A stretch of 64,000 nt of DNA from Microcoleus sp. Its GTDB lineage: Bacteria > Cyanobacteriota > Cyanobacteriia > Cyanobacteriales > Microcoleaceae. A program made the translations under genes and the position numbers. The notes beneath the pieces were generated by a model. It saw nothing but the letters and a program-made list of their open reading frames with translations, did not search any database and was not told the origin of the DNA. The stretch lies in assembly GCA_052279835.1 (NCBI GenBank), contig CP181291.1:6080001-6144000 (forward strand), read 5' to 3'. Positions 37,505-48,063 of the stretch are shown here, one piece after another (position 1 is the stretch's first letter; every line of letters starts with the position of its first letter).

Positions 37505-40500
37505 TTATGTATATAGCCCGCCAATCACATCCAAAAAACGCTTAACCTGTTTTTCCCAAGTCCAATCCAACATAAAATTAGCCGCAGCTAAACCCCGACT
37601 TTTAGCTTGTTCCCGATTAGTATAAATTTGTTCCAAAGCCTCGACGACTTCATCAACCTCTGACTCTCCCCAGCCTTCTATACCTGAAAAATGAACAGTA
37701 GGTTTAACTCGTCCCTGAGTTGATAAAGGATAGCAATTATTACTATGAATCAAATCTAAATGACCCGTATTTGCTGATAAAATAGTAGGAATTCCGCAGG
37801 CCATACTTTCCATTGCAACTAAATTAGTGCCGCCTTCGCAGCGGTTGGTGAAAACGGCTGCATCGGCTTCTCGCAATATTTGTCCGGCTAGATGATTGGG
37901 AATTAAGCCAATGTCGATAAAAGAGTCAACAGGTAAACCGTTAGCTACTAACCATTGGGCAATTCCTAAACTGCCATCGCGGTTAATATTCGGAAATCCG
38001 ATGACGTTTCCGGTTTGTTCTATTCCTAACATATATTGAGGCCAGAAGTTGTGCCATGCTGTTAGTAATAATGCTTCGGGATGTTTTTTTTGAAAGCGTT
38101 TGTAAGCGGCGACAATAATATCTTGACCTTTGCGATATTCTAGTTTGCCACCGGAGAAGATGACAAAGCGATCGCCAAATAGATTAGATTTGGGTGCAGG
38201 ATGGAAAATTGCGGGGTCAATGCCTTGATTTACCATGGCGACATTAGTCAAGCCGTAGCTTTTCAAAACATCGGCATTCCAGTGGGAACCGGCGACGATC
38301 GAACTATATTTTTTGGCTTTTTCTAATGCTTCTGCTGTGATTCTGGTGTCTTCAAAAAAGATGACTCCCACTGGAAAGTCACTGGTAATTTGATTTTCCA
38401 CACCAGAGGATGCTAAATTATTGCCCAGGGCGTAAAGTGCTGGAAAGTTGCAATTGATTTGTTTGTCGGAATTGGCTGCTACTAATTTTTGAAACTGTTG
38501 TTGTTTTTCTAATAGTGGTAATAACAGCGATTTGTGCAGCGGATTGATAATTTCGGAGAGGGAAGGTGGTGCTAATAGTGCAACTTCCCATGCGGGATTT
38601 GTCACAAGTTGCAGTGTTAAATTCATGCCATAAATTCCCCAGCCACTGGTGACGCTGACTGGCCAGGTGATACCAATTCCTGTTTGTTTTGGGGGTGTTT
38701 GTGGGGGTTGAATTTGAGGCTGATTCTGTGGTTCTGCATTACCAGGCTGAGCCTGGGAACGAGGGCCTGTTTTCAAACCCGGAGATCCGCCCAGCAAGCG
38801 GGCGGGCACGGGGGCACCGCCCCTACAAAGGGGGGAGAATTCACTCAAAGTCCCCCTTTTTAAGGGGGATTTAGGGGGATCTGAATCTAATTGGAAAGCT
38901 TGAAAACACTCCCTAGGGGTTAGTGGGGGCGTTTCTGGGGCTTGAATTTGAGGCTGAGCCTGGGAACGAGTAATTTGAGGCGGAGCCTCTGGATCTGCGT
39001 TCCCAGGCTGAGCCTGGGAACGAGGGCCTGTTTTCAAACCCGGAGATCCGCCCAGCAAGCGGGCGGGCACGGGGGCACCGCCCCTACAAAGGGGGGAGAA
39101 TTCACTCAAAGTCCCCCTTTTTAAGGGGGATTTAGGGGGATCTGAATCTAATTGGAAAGCTTGAAAACACTCCCTAGGGGTTAGTGGGGGCGTTTCTGGG
39201 GCTTGAATTTGAGGCTGAGCCTGGGAAGGAGTGGAAATTAGGTGTTCTAAGGCTGTTTTTAGGCGATCGCACACTCCCTCCCAATCACCCGCTTTTTGCT
39301 GCCTAAACAGCCTGACAGTGGGATACCAAGGACTATCTTCACGCTCCAACATCCACCGCCAATCGGGCACAAAAGAGAGCAAAATCCAGACTGGTTTTCC
39401 TAAAGCACCGGCTAAGTGGGCGACAGCAGTATCTACACAAATTACTAAATCCAGTTGGGAAATAATGGCTGCGCTGTCGGCAAAATCTCCTAATTCTGGG
39501 CTCAAATCCTGCACTTGCTGTTGATTGAGTAAAGTGCGATCGCCCAGTGACAAGTCTTTTTGAAGGTTATAAAAACTCACTCCTGGCACGTTTAAAAACT
39601 TCCTAAAATCGTTCAACGTACAGGAGCGATCGTGATTTTTTCGGTGCAGCGGGCTACCAGACCAAACAATCCCTACTTTTAGTGTATCCTTGGGTTCTAG
39701 AGAATATTTAAAATCCTGTGGGGGAGCTAGATAAGGAATATTCACGGGTAGATTTTCTAAGGTAGTACCCATAATTTTTGGTAGACTCAAGAGTGGCGCT
39801 TGTAGTTGAAACTCTAGCAAATCCTTGGGCCTTGTTACTACACTATCTATGCCTGCAACTCCTGCAAATAAACGCTGCAAAGATTGATGACAAGCAACCA
39901 TAACTTTGCCGCCTTTTTGCTTAACTAAAGGTGCGTAACGGATAAAATGAATCGCATCGCCAAAACCTTGTTCGGAGTGCAGCAAAATAGTTTTTCCCTG
40001 GAAATTACCACCATCCCAAAGTGGTTGGGCGAAATATCGGGCTTCCAATTCTTGAGTTTGCCAGCGCCATTCATATTCAGCAAAACCGCGCGAAAAATTG
40101 CCAGTTGAAAGCAAGGCTAAGGCTAGTCTCAAATGAGTATGCGCTGAGTCTGAAGATAATTGAATTGCTCGATCGTAATATTCGATCGCAAGAGCAACTT
40201 TTCCCTCTTCTTTGAGGACACAACCTAAGTATAAGTTAGTTTCACCTTGATTGGGGTCGATTTCTAGGGCTTGTTGATAATGGGAAATTGCTTCGGATAT
40301 TAGCCCGTCTTCTTGTTGGAGATAGCCTAAATGACTGTGGGCTTCTGCGTGACTCGGATTCAGCGCAATTACTTGTTTATATCGGGCGATGGCTGCTGCT
40401 TTTTTACCCTGTTTGTTGAGAGCATTTGCTATGTGAAATTCTACCTGGGCGGGTGATAATAAATTAGACTGTAGGGTTGGTGGATGGTGCGTGCCCACCA

Positions 40501-43500
40501 TGTGTTGTAAGGCTGTTTTTAGGCGATCGAATACTCCCTCCCAATCACCCGGTTTTTGCTGACGAAACAACCGTGCTGTCGGATACCAAGGGCTATCTTC
40601 TCTCTCCAACATCCACCGCCAATCGGGTACAAAAGAGAGCAAAATCCAGACTGGTTTTCCTAAAGCACCGGCTAAGTGGGCGACAGCAGTATCTACAGAA
40701 ATTACTAAATCCAATTGCGCTATCACCGCTGCGGTGTCGGCAAAATCCTTCAAATTATCGCTTAAATCTGTGACGGGAATTTGATTTAATAAAGTGAGAT
40801 CGCCCGCCGATAATTCTTTCTGAAGACTGTAAAAAATTATTCCTGGTATATCTAACAATTTCAGAAAATAGCTTAAATCAGTCGATCGCATAAAATCTTT
40901 CAAATGTTCCGAACTCCCAGCCCAAACAATCCCTATTTTAAAATTGGGGCTTGAATCCAGGGACAAATTCCCGTCAGCAGGAGGCGACAAATAAGGAATA
41001 TTTGCCGGGATATTTTCTAGATTGGTTCCCAAAATATAGGGCAAACTCATCAGCGGTGCTTGTAACTGAAATTCCGGCAACTCCTCTACTTTAACTACTA
41101 CTTGTTCAATTCCCGGAATTGTTTGGAATAAACCCTTGAGTTCTCGATAGCAAGAGACCAATACTTTAGCACCTTTTTGCTGGAGAATGGAGGCGTAACG
41201 TACAAAGTGAATCGCGTCGCCAAAACCTTGTTCGCAACGTAACAAAATAGTTTTTCCTGCCAAATCAGAACCATCCCAAACTGGCTGTGCCAAAGGGAAC
41301 CAGTCCAATTGTTTTCCCTGCTCTGTTTCCCATCGCCATTCGTACTCAGCAAAACCTCGCTCGAAGTCTCCATTCAAAAGTAATGCTAAGCTTAAATTGA
41401 AATGAGCTTTAGCACATTTTGCATCGAGTTTCAAGGCTCGTTCGTAAGAGGCAATTGCTTTGGGTAGGTCGCCAATTCCTTCCAAAGCACTGCCTAGATT
41501 ATTCAAACTTTCCACACAATCTGGCTGCAAAACTAAGGCGGTTTCTAAATTATCAATTGCCGAGGTAAATTCGTGTATTTTTAAGTACAAATTACCCAAA
41601 TAATAGTATCCTTGCGGGTTGTCAGGTTCTAGGTAAATGCACTGTTGATAAAAGCGTTTAGCCTCTTCTGGCTGACCTTTGGCTTCCATTGTCACGCCCA
41701 AATTTATCAGTGCTGGCACGTAATTAGAAGTAGCAGAAAGCGCTTGCTGAAAATAAGCGATCGCACTGGAAAATTCTCCCTGCTGCTGGAGAATTGAGCC
41801 GAGATTGTTCAGAGCTTTGACATAGAGTGGATTCAGGGCGATCGCCTTTTGAAAACAAGACACAGCCTCAGCTATATAGCCCTGAGATTGGTGCAAAATA
41901 CCCAAGTTGTTGTATCCTTGAGGCGAGTCTGGGTCGATTTCTATGGCTCGCAAATAATATCTGGCTGCCTCAGTAAAATCGCCGATTTGGTGCAGCGTCA
42001 CCGCCAAATTAGTTGTAGCTGCTATCAAATCTGGCTGATAAACTAAAGCTTTTTTAAAATAGGCGATCGCCTCGGAAAATTTCCCCTGGGACTTCAGCAG
42101 ATTTCCGAGATTAAACTGTTGTTGAGCTAACTCTAAACTGGACTGATTTTCGATTAATTTTTCCTCTGGTTGATGCTCGCCAATCAGAGTTTTTAGTGCC
42201 AAAGCCACCCGCCCAAAAACCCCTTCCCAATCCCCGGCTTTTTCTTGTCGAAACAACCTCGCCGTCGGATACCAAGGACTCTCTTCCCCCTCCAACATCC
42301 AGCGCCAATCGGGGGTAAAACAAAGCAAAATCCACACTGGTTTCCCCAAGGCCCCAGCCAAATGCGCCACAGAAGTATCCATAGAAATGACTAAATCCAG
42401 AGCCAAAATGGCCGCGGCTGTATCAGCAAAATCATGCAAATAAGGACTTAAATCTGCTATTTGCATTGGCTCTAATAAGGTACGTTCTGCTTCTGGGCAT
42501 TCCTTTTGTAAGCTGTAAAACTCTACTCCCGGAATATCTAATAGTTTTACCACGCAAGTTAAGGGAAATGAACGCAGGTCATTTTGGGAATTTTTAGGAT
42601 TTCCAGACCAGACAATTCCTACTTTTAAGTTATAAGTTGGATGAAGAGTAAATTCTAGGCCTGGTGGCGGTGCTAAATAGGGAACCTGGGCGGGTATAGT
42701 TGCTAAGGTGGTACCCAAAAGGTGAGGCAAACTCATTAATTGAGCGCGGACATCAAAATCCGGGGCTGTTTCTGGATCGACTATTAATTGATCGATGGCC
42801 CAAACCTGTTCAAATAAGCGCTGTAATTGGGGCGAACACCAAACAATGACGTTGCCGCCTTTTTGCTTAACTAAATCTGCGTAGCGGATAAACTGAATCG
42901 CATCACCTAAACCCTGTTCTGGGCAAAGTAAAATAGTTTTTCCCTCCAAATCTTTGCCATCCCAAAAAGGCTGGATAAAGTTATTAGTGGGAAACTGTTT
43001 TTCTTGAACGAGCAGCCGCCATTCATACTCGGAAAAACCGCGTTCAAAATCTCCCATCAGCAGCAAAGCTAAAGCGAGATTTAAGTGAGCTTCTGGGTGA
43101 GTTTTATTGAACTCTACTCCGTGACTGTAGCAGGCGACGGCATCTGTAAACTGTCCTTGTTGCCGCAAAGCATTTCCCAAACCGTTGCAGGAATTAATTC
43201 CATCGGGTTGAAGTTCGATCGCCCGTTGGTAACATTCGATCGCCTCTGCCATTTTGCCCTCATCCTCAAAAGCCTTACCCAGATTGTTCAAAGCTGTTGG
43301 GAAGTCTGGTTTCAGACTCAAAGCTTGGTGATAGCAGGCGATGGCGTTGGCAATTTTTCCCTGTTTCTGAAACACAATTCCGAGATTACAATGAGCCTCA
43401 GCATGGGATGGCAATTTCTGAATCGCTTGCTGACAAACGGCTAGAGCCTCATCTAACTTTCCTTGCTGTTGCAGCGAACTCCCCAAACTAATCAGAGTTT

Positions 43501-46500
43501 CTGCTAAACTCGGTTGCAGTGCAGTCGATCGCTCGTAATAGGCGATCGCCGAGGCAATTTTTCCCTGTCGAATAGTAGCGTAGGCTAGATTGTGCAAGGC
43601 TTCAAAGTAATTGGGTTCGATCGCGATCGCCCGTTCATAATTGGCGATCGCCCGATCGTAAAACTCCTTGGCTTCCCCTTCTTTATCCCCTTGTTTTTCC
43701 AAAGCAATGCCCAAATTCAAGTAAGCTTCAGGACAATTAGGATTAACTTGAATCCCTTGCTGATAGCAGTTTATCGCCTCCGCCAAATCCCCTTGGGCTT
43801 CCCGCGCCAGGCCCAGATTAATCCAAGCTTCGGCGCAATGGGGGTTTAAACTCAAAGCGCGATCGTAAACTGCGATCGCCTCTGCTGTTTCCCCTGCATC
43901 CGCCAGAGCACTCCCCAAATTGCTGAGAGTTTCCGCCAAATTCGGCTCAAGGGCTAAAGCTTGGCGGTAATGGGCGATCGCCTCTGGGAGCAAACCCATT
44001 TGTTGTTTGACAACACCGAGATTGCTGTACGCCATGGGGTTATCAGGATCGATCGCGATCGCCCTGGAGTAGCATTCGATCGCACCCAGAAACTCGCCTT
44101 GTCGCTGCAAATCACGCCCCTCCAGCAACGCTGCATCGGCCAAATCCGAAGGCGCGCCATGCACAGAAACCGCCAGCCCCAGAGCCTGCACCACCCGCCC
44201 AAAAACACCCGCCCAGTCGCCCCTGATCGACTGACGAAACAACCGCGCCGTGGGATACCAAGGACTATCTTCCCGCTCCAAAAGCCAGCGCCAATCGGGG
44301 GAAAACGCCAGCAAAATCCACACTGGTTTGCCCAAAGCCCCCGCCAAATGGGCAACAGCGGTATCGACGGTAATCACTAAATCCAGTTGGGCGATCGCAG
44401 CCGCAGTATCAGCAAAATCCCCCAACTGCGGGCTCAAATCGACGATCGAGGTTTGATGTAACAACGCGCGATCGGCCTGTGACAGCTCTTTCTGCAAGCT
44501 ATAAAAACTCACCCCTGAAACGTCCAAAAGTGGCATAAATGCGCTCAAACTGCAAGAACGCTGCATATTTTTGCGATGTTTAGGATTTCCCGCCCAGACA
44601 ATCCCAACTTTGAATTTGCGTCCTGGTAATAGAGCCAATTGACAATCTGCTGGGGGTGTTAAATAAGCAGTATTTGCAGGTATTGTTGACTTAGTTGTAC
44701 CGAGAATGTATGGCAAACTCAACATCGGCGCTTGCACATCAAATTCGGGGATTGGCTCGCCTTTAACTATTAGTAAATCAATGCCATCAACGGTGGCAAA
44801 CAAGCGATGTAATTGCGCGTAACAGCCAACAATTACTCGTCCCCCTTTATTTTTGACGATCGCAGCATAGCGCACAAACTGAATAGAATCGCCCAAACCT
44901 TGTTCGGCGTGGAGTAAAATCGTCTTTCCCTGTAAATCTGAACCATCCCACAGGGGCCGATATTCTCTGGCTGAAATTGTATCATCTGGCCCCGTCAAGA
45001 AACCGGAATGACTTGTGTGAAATCCTTTAATTTTCCAGCGCCATTCGTATTCAGCCAAACCATTTTCTAAGTCTCCCACCAACAACAAAGCCAGGGACAA
45101 ATTCAGACGAGCGCTAGCGTGTTCTGGATTCAAAGATATCACTCGTCGATAACAGGCGATCGCATCTTCTACCGCACCTTTTTCCAGAAAAGTCCGACCT
45201 AAATTGTTGATAGCTTCCACAAAATCTGGTATCAATTCCAGAGCTTTGTGATAATATTCCAGGGCATCTTCTAAATTCCCCTGTTCTTGCAATACTGTCC
45301 CCAGATTGTTTAAAGCTTCCCAGCTATGGGGTTGAACTTCCAGCGCTCGCCGATAGAGATTTACCGCCTCTAAAAGTTCGCCATTTTCTTGTAGCGCCAC
45401 GGCCAAATTTATCAGTGCAGGTACGAAATCTGGTTGCACCGCCAGAGCTTTTTGATAATGTTCGATCGCCTCTTGTGCTTGACCTTTTTCTTCAAATATT
45501 TTTGCCAAATTGTAAGCTGTTTGAGGAATATTTTGGTCGAGTTTCCAGGCTTCTCTATAGTGCGGTATGGCGGCATCTAATTCTCCCTTTTCTTGTTGGA
45601 GAAAACCCAAGTTAATTCTGGCTTGGACGCAATTCGGGACAGTAGAAATAATCTGTTCATAAAGGGCGATCGCCTCTTCTTTCTCGCCGCTTTCCATTAA
45701 GGATTCTGCTTGCTGCAATTGTGCTTCTAAAGCCGCAAAATTAGGCTCTGTTATGTCCATAGCAACCGCATTGAGTGCAGCAGTCTCAATCCCCTGGGAA
45801 ATCTCTGCTTCCCTCGCCATCACCAAGGAGTTGCTAGTTTCCTGTGTGGTTTGCATTGGCAGGAATTGCAGCGGTTCTGGGGCGGCATTGGCGGCAATCC
45901 CCTCTGTGGCATAATTAGCATTGTTGGCGATCGCAAAACAACTTAAAGCAGCTTTGACATCCTCAAACAATGCTTGCCAATTTTCCGGCTGACTTTGGCG
46001 AAACAGTCTCGCCGTCGGATACCAAGGATTGTCCTCTCTATCTAGCAGCCAACGCCAGTCAGGAGCAAAGGAAAGTAACACCCAAACTGGTTTTCCCAAA
46101 GCACCAGCCAAATGTGCAACGGAGGTATCAACGCTGATGACTAAATCCAGTTGAGAGATAGCAGAAGCCGTATCAGCAAAGTCGTTGAGATGGGGACTCA
46201 AATCCGGGACTAGGTGTTGATGTAATAAAGCGCGATCGTCCTCGGACAAGTTTTTTTGTAAACTATAAACAGCGATTCCCGGCACATCTAAAAATTGCAT
46301 AAAATCGCTCAAATTGCAAGAGCGTTGAGCATCTTTTCGGCGTTTGGGATTTCCCGCCCACACAATTCCCACCTTCAATTTAGCATCAGAAGCTAGGGCA
46401 AATTTGCATTCAGGAGGCGGGGCTAAGTAAGGAATATTTGCCGGGATTGTTTCCAAAGTTGTCCCCAAAATATAAGGCAAACTCATTAAAGGTGCGTGAA

Positions 46501-47701
46501 CATCAAAGTCCGGCAAATCTTTAAAATTAAGTGACAAATATTCCACACCAGCAACTGTGGCAAATAATCGCATCAATTCTGGATAGCAAACCAATATCAC
46601 TTTTGCCCCTTGACTGTAAAGCATCGGCGCGTAGCGAATAAACTGAATCGAGTCACCGAAACCTTGCTCAACGTGGAGTAAAATAGTTTTTCCCTGTAAA
46701 CTCGAACCATCCCAAACTGGTTGGGCAAATTGTCTCGGTTGTAGTTGGGAAGTACGCCACCGCCACTCATACTCAGCAAAGCCGCGTCGCAAATCTCCGA
46801 ACAATAACAAAGTTAGGGCAAATTCTACGTGGGCTGTACTGTTTTCTGGCTGCAATTCTAAGGCTCGACCATGACAGGAGAATGCTGATTGAAATTGTCC
46901 GAGATCGACAAAAGCATCACCCAGATTATTAATTGCATCGATGAAATCTGGTTTTAATTTTAAAGCTTGTTGGTAATAGGATACTGCTAGCTGTGCTTTG
47001 CCTTGTTTGTGGTAAGCTGCGCCGATGTTATTGACAGATTCGGCATTGTTGGGATCTAGTTTTAGGGCTTGTTGATAACAGTCAATGGCTGCTTGAAATT
47101 CACCTTGCTGTTGCCATATTGTTCCTAAAGCGATTGTGGTATTGATTAAATTAGGATTGGTATCTAAAGCTTTTTGGTAGCAAGCAATGGCGGCCTGGGT
47201 TTGACCTTGTTCTTTGAAAATATTACCTAAATTATGGGCGATTTCGCTCCAGGTTGGTTCTAGTTTCAGGGCTGTTTGGTAGTAGCTAATAGCGGCGTTG
47301 GTGTCGCCCTGTTGCTGTTTTAGCCAGCCGATATTTTTGTGGGCTAGTGCCGTATGGGGAGCGATTTGAAGGACTTGTTCGTAGGAGGCGATCGCCCTTT
47401 GATGTTCGCCAATATCGAGCAAAACATGAGCCTTGTTTAAATGCGCTTCTACAAAATCTGGCTGTTGGGCGATCGCTTGTTCATAAAAGGCGATCGCCTC
47501 GGCCATTTTACCCTGCTGTCTCACAGCGATTCCCAACAAACAAAGCACATTCGCAGACTCCGGGTGTACGGCTATGACTTGTCGGTACAAACTTTCAGCT
47601 TCTAACAAACGCCCCGCTTGGTGATATTCCCAAGCAATTTTCAAAGACTCTTCCACATTCAGTTTACTGACAGGTTGTTGTGATTTCTTTTGACAAGCCA
47701 T
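37505..47701 (-). CDS. Giant TPR / multi-glycosyltransferase protein: five TPR plus GT-B (GT9-like) modules and a C-terminal GT4-like domain
   Basis: 3398-aa ORF. Five repeats of WDG..L/F.GKTILL..EQG.GD…VDT.VAHLAGALGKPVW…DWRW…PWYPT.RLFRQ, each after a TPR array; the C-terminus has GKLEYRKGQD…EGGTNLVAMESMACG. Confidence 0.9.
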   Translation of the reverse strand: MACQKKSQQPVSKLNVEESLKIAWEYHQAGRLLEAESLYRQVIAVHPESANVLCLLGIAVRQQGKMAEAIAFYEQAIAQQPDFVEAHLNKAHVLLDIGEHQRAIASYEQVLQIAPHTALAHKNIGWLKQQQGDTNAAISYYQTALKLEPTWSEIAHNLGNIFKEQGQTQAAIACYQKALDTNPNLINTTIALGTIWQQQGEFQAAIDCYQQALKLDPNNAESVNNIGAAYHKQGKAQLAVSYYQQALKLKPDFIDAINNLGDAFVDLGQFQSAFSCHGRALELQPENSTAHVEFALTLLLFGDLRRGFAEYEWRWRTSQLQPRQFAQPVWDGSSLQGKTILLHVEQGFGDSIQFIRYAPMLYSQGAKVILVCYPELMRLFATVAGVEYLSLNFKDLPDFDVHAPLMSLPYILGTTLETIPANIPYLAPPPECKFALASDAKLKVGIVWAGNPKRRKDAQRSCNLSDFMQFLDVPGIAVYSLQKNLSEDDRALLHQHLVPDLSPHLNDFADTASAISQLDLVISVDTSVAHLAGALGKPVWVLLSFAPDWRWLLDREDNPWYPTARLFRQSQPENWQALFEDVKAALSCFAIANNANYATEGIAANAAPEPLQFLPMQTTQETSNSLVMAREAEISQGIETAALNAVAMDITEPNFAALEAQLQQAESLMESGEKEEAIALYEQIISTVPNCVQARINLGFLQQEKGELDAAIPHYREAWKLDQNIPQTAYNLAKIFEEKGQAQEAIEHYQKALAVQPDFVPALINLAVALQENGELLEAVNLYRRALEVQPHSWEALNNLGTVLQEQGNLEDALEYYHKALELIPDFVEAINNLGRTFLEKGAVEDAIACYRRVISLNPEHASARLNLSLALLLVGDLENGLAEYEWRWKIKGFHTSHSGFLTGPDDTISAREYRPLWDGSDLQGKTILLHAEQGLGDSIQFVRYAAIVKNKGGRVIVGCYAQLHRLFATVDGIDLLIVKGEPIPEFDVQAPMLSLPYILGTTKSTIPANTAYLTPPADCQLALLPGRKFKVGIVWAGNPKHRKNMQRSCSLSAFMPLLDVSGVSFYSLQKELSQADRALLHQTSIVDLSPQLGDFADTAAAIAQLDLVITVDTAVAHLAGALGKPVWILLAFSPDWRWLLEREDSPWYPTARLFRQSIRGDWAGVFGRVVQALGLAVSVHGAPSDLADAALLEGRDLQRQGEFLGAIECYSRAIAIDPDNPMAYSNLGVVKQQMGLLPEAIAHYRQALALEPNLAETLSNLGSALADAGETAEAIAVYDRALSLNPHCAEAWINLGLAREAQGDLAEAINCYQQGIQVNPNCPEAYLNLGIALEKQGDKEGEAKEFYDRAIANYERAIAIEPNYFEALHNLAYATIRQGKIASAIAYYERSTALQPSLAETLISLGSSLQQQGKLDEALAVCQQAIQKLPSHAEAHCNLGIVFQKQGKIANAIACYHQALSLKPDFPTALNNLGKAFEDEGKMAEAIECYQRAIELQPDGINSCNGLGNALRQQGQFTDAVACYSHGVEFNKTHPEAHLNLALALLLMGDFERGFSEYEWRLLVQEKQFPTNNFIQPFWDGKDLEGKTILLCPEQGLGDAIQFIRYADLVKQKGGNVIVWCSPQLQRLFEQVWAIDQLIVDPETAPDFDVRAQLMSLPHLLGTTLATIPAQVPYLAPPPGLEFTLHPTYNLKVGIVWSGNPKNSQNDLRSFPLTCVVKLLDIPGVEFYSLQKECPEAERTLLEPMQIADLSPYLHDFADTAAAILALDLVISMDTSVAHLAGALGKPVWILLCFTPDWRWMLEGEESPWYPTARLFRQEKAGDWEGVFGRVALALKTLIGEHQPEEKLIENQSSLELAQQQFNLGNLLKSQGKFSEAIAYFKKALVYQPDLIAATTNLAVTLHQIGDFTEAARYYLRAIEIDPDSPQGYNNLGILHQSQGYIAEAVSCFQKAIALNPLYVKALNNLGSILQQQGEFSSAIAYFQQALSATSNYVPALINLGVTMEAKGQPEEAKRFYQQCIYLEPDNPQGYYYLGNLYLKIHEFTSAIDNLETALVLQPDCVESLNNLGSALEGIGDLPKAIASYERALKLDAKCAKAHFNLSLALLLNGDFERGFAEYEWRWETEQGKQLDWFPLAQPVWDGSDLAGKTILLRCEQGFGDAIHFVRYASILQQKGAKVLVSCYRELKGLFQTIPGIEQVVVKVEELPEFQLQAPLMSLPYILGTNLENIPANIPYLSPPADGNLSLDSSPNFKIGIVWAGSSEHLKDFMRSTDLSYFLKLLDIPGIIFYSLQKELSAGDLTLLNQIPVTDLSDNLKDFADTAAVIAQLDLVISVDTAVAHLAGALGKPVWILLSFVPDWRWMLEREDSPWYPTARLFRQQKPGDWEGVFDRLKTALQHMVGTHHPPTLQSNLLSPAQVEFHIANALNKQGKKAAAIARYKQVIALNPSHAEAHSHLGYLQQEDGLISEAISHYQQALEIDPNQGETNLYLGCVLKEEGKVALAIEYYDRAIQLSSDSAHTHLRLALALLSTGNFSRGFAEYEWRWQTQELEARYFAQPLWDGGNFQGKTILLHSEQGFGDAIHFIRYAPLVKQKGGKVMVACHQSLQRLFAGVAGIDSVVTRPKDLLEFQLQAPLLSLPKIMGTTLENLPVNIPYLAPPQDFKYSLEPKDTLKVGIVWSGSPLHRKNHDRSCTLNDFRKFLNVPGVSFYNLQKDLSLGDRTLLNQQQVQDLSPELGDFADSAAIISQLDLVICVDTAVAHLAGALGKPVWILLSFVPDWRWMLEREDSPWYPTVRLFRQQKAGDWEGVCDRLKTALEHLISTPSQAQPQIQAPETPPLTPRECFQAFQLDSDPPKSPLKRGTLSEFSPLCRGGAPVPARLLGGSPGLKTGPRSQAQPGNADPEAPPQITRSQAQPQIQAPETPPLTPRECFQAFQLDSDPPKSPLKRGTLSEFSPLCRGGAPVPARLLGGSPGLKTGPRSQAQPGNAEPQNQPQIQPPQTPPKQTGIGITWPVSVTSGWGIYGMNLTLQLVTNPAWEVALLAPPSLSEIINPLHKSLLLPLLEKQQQFQKLVAANSDKQINCNFPALYALGNNLASSGVENQITSDFPVGVIFFEDTRITAEALEKAKKYSSIVAGSHWNADVLKSYGLTNVAMVNQGIDPAIFHPAPKSNLFGDRFVIFSGGKLEYRKGQDIIVAAYKRFQKKHPEALLLTAWHNFWPQYMLGIEQTGNVIGFPNINRDGSLGIAQWLVANGLPVDSFIDIGLIPNHLAGQILREADAAVFTNRCEGGTNLVAMESMACGIPTILSANTGHLDLIHSNNCYPLSTQGRVKPTVHFSGIEGWGESEVDEVVEALEQIYTNREQAKSRGLAAANFMLDWTWEKQVKRFLDVIGGLYT
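38742..39227. repeat. In-frame direct duplication (about 225 bp, period 261 bp) built from nested dispersed repeats, inside the TPR gene
   Basis: 38742-38966 matches 39003-39227 by eye, and the protein repeats SQAQPQIQAPETPP…KTGPRSQAQPGNA. Confidence 0.9.
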
Positions 47702-47819
47702 AGTTATCTGTGTTGTTTGGGATTTCGCTAACTGGTAAGTGCCAACTTTTTGTAATGTGTTAACTATTCCTTCCTTCTATTTACCTCCTCCCTCAGCCCA
47801 AGGGCTTTCATTCTTCCGA

Positions 47820-48062
47820 TCGATCTTCCATCTTGCATCTCCCCTCTTCCCTCTTCCCTCCCCCCTCTTCCCTCTTCCCTCTTCCATCCCCCCTTGGGGG
47901 GGTAGGGCTTCCATCCCCCCTTGGGGGGGGTAGGGGGGGGTTCTTCTTCCTTCTTCCTTCTTCCCTCTTCCTTCTTCCTTCTTCCCTCTTCCCTCTTCCC
48001 TCTTCCCTCTTCCCTCTTCCTTCTTCCCTCTTCCCTCTTCCTTCTTCCTTCTTCAATCTTCC
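47820..48062. repeat. Heptamer array (CTTCCCT/CTTCCTT) interrupted by two CCCCCCTTGGGGGGG hairpins
   Basis: Visible directly; about 50 bp is shared with 52481-52530. Confidence 0.9.
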
Positions 48063-48063
48063 T

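Noticed and set aside
39248..40713. Diversity-generating retroelement template/variable repeat pair
   Set aside because: No reverse transcriptase in the window, both copies are coding within one gene, and the mismatches are not adenine-specific.
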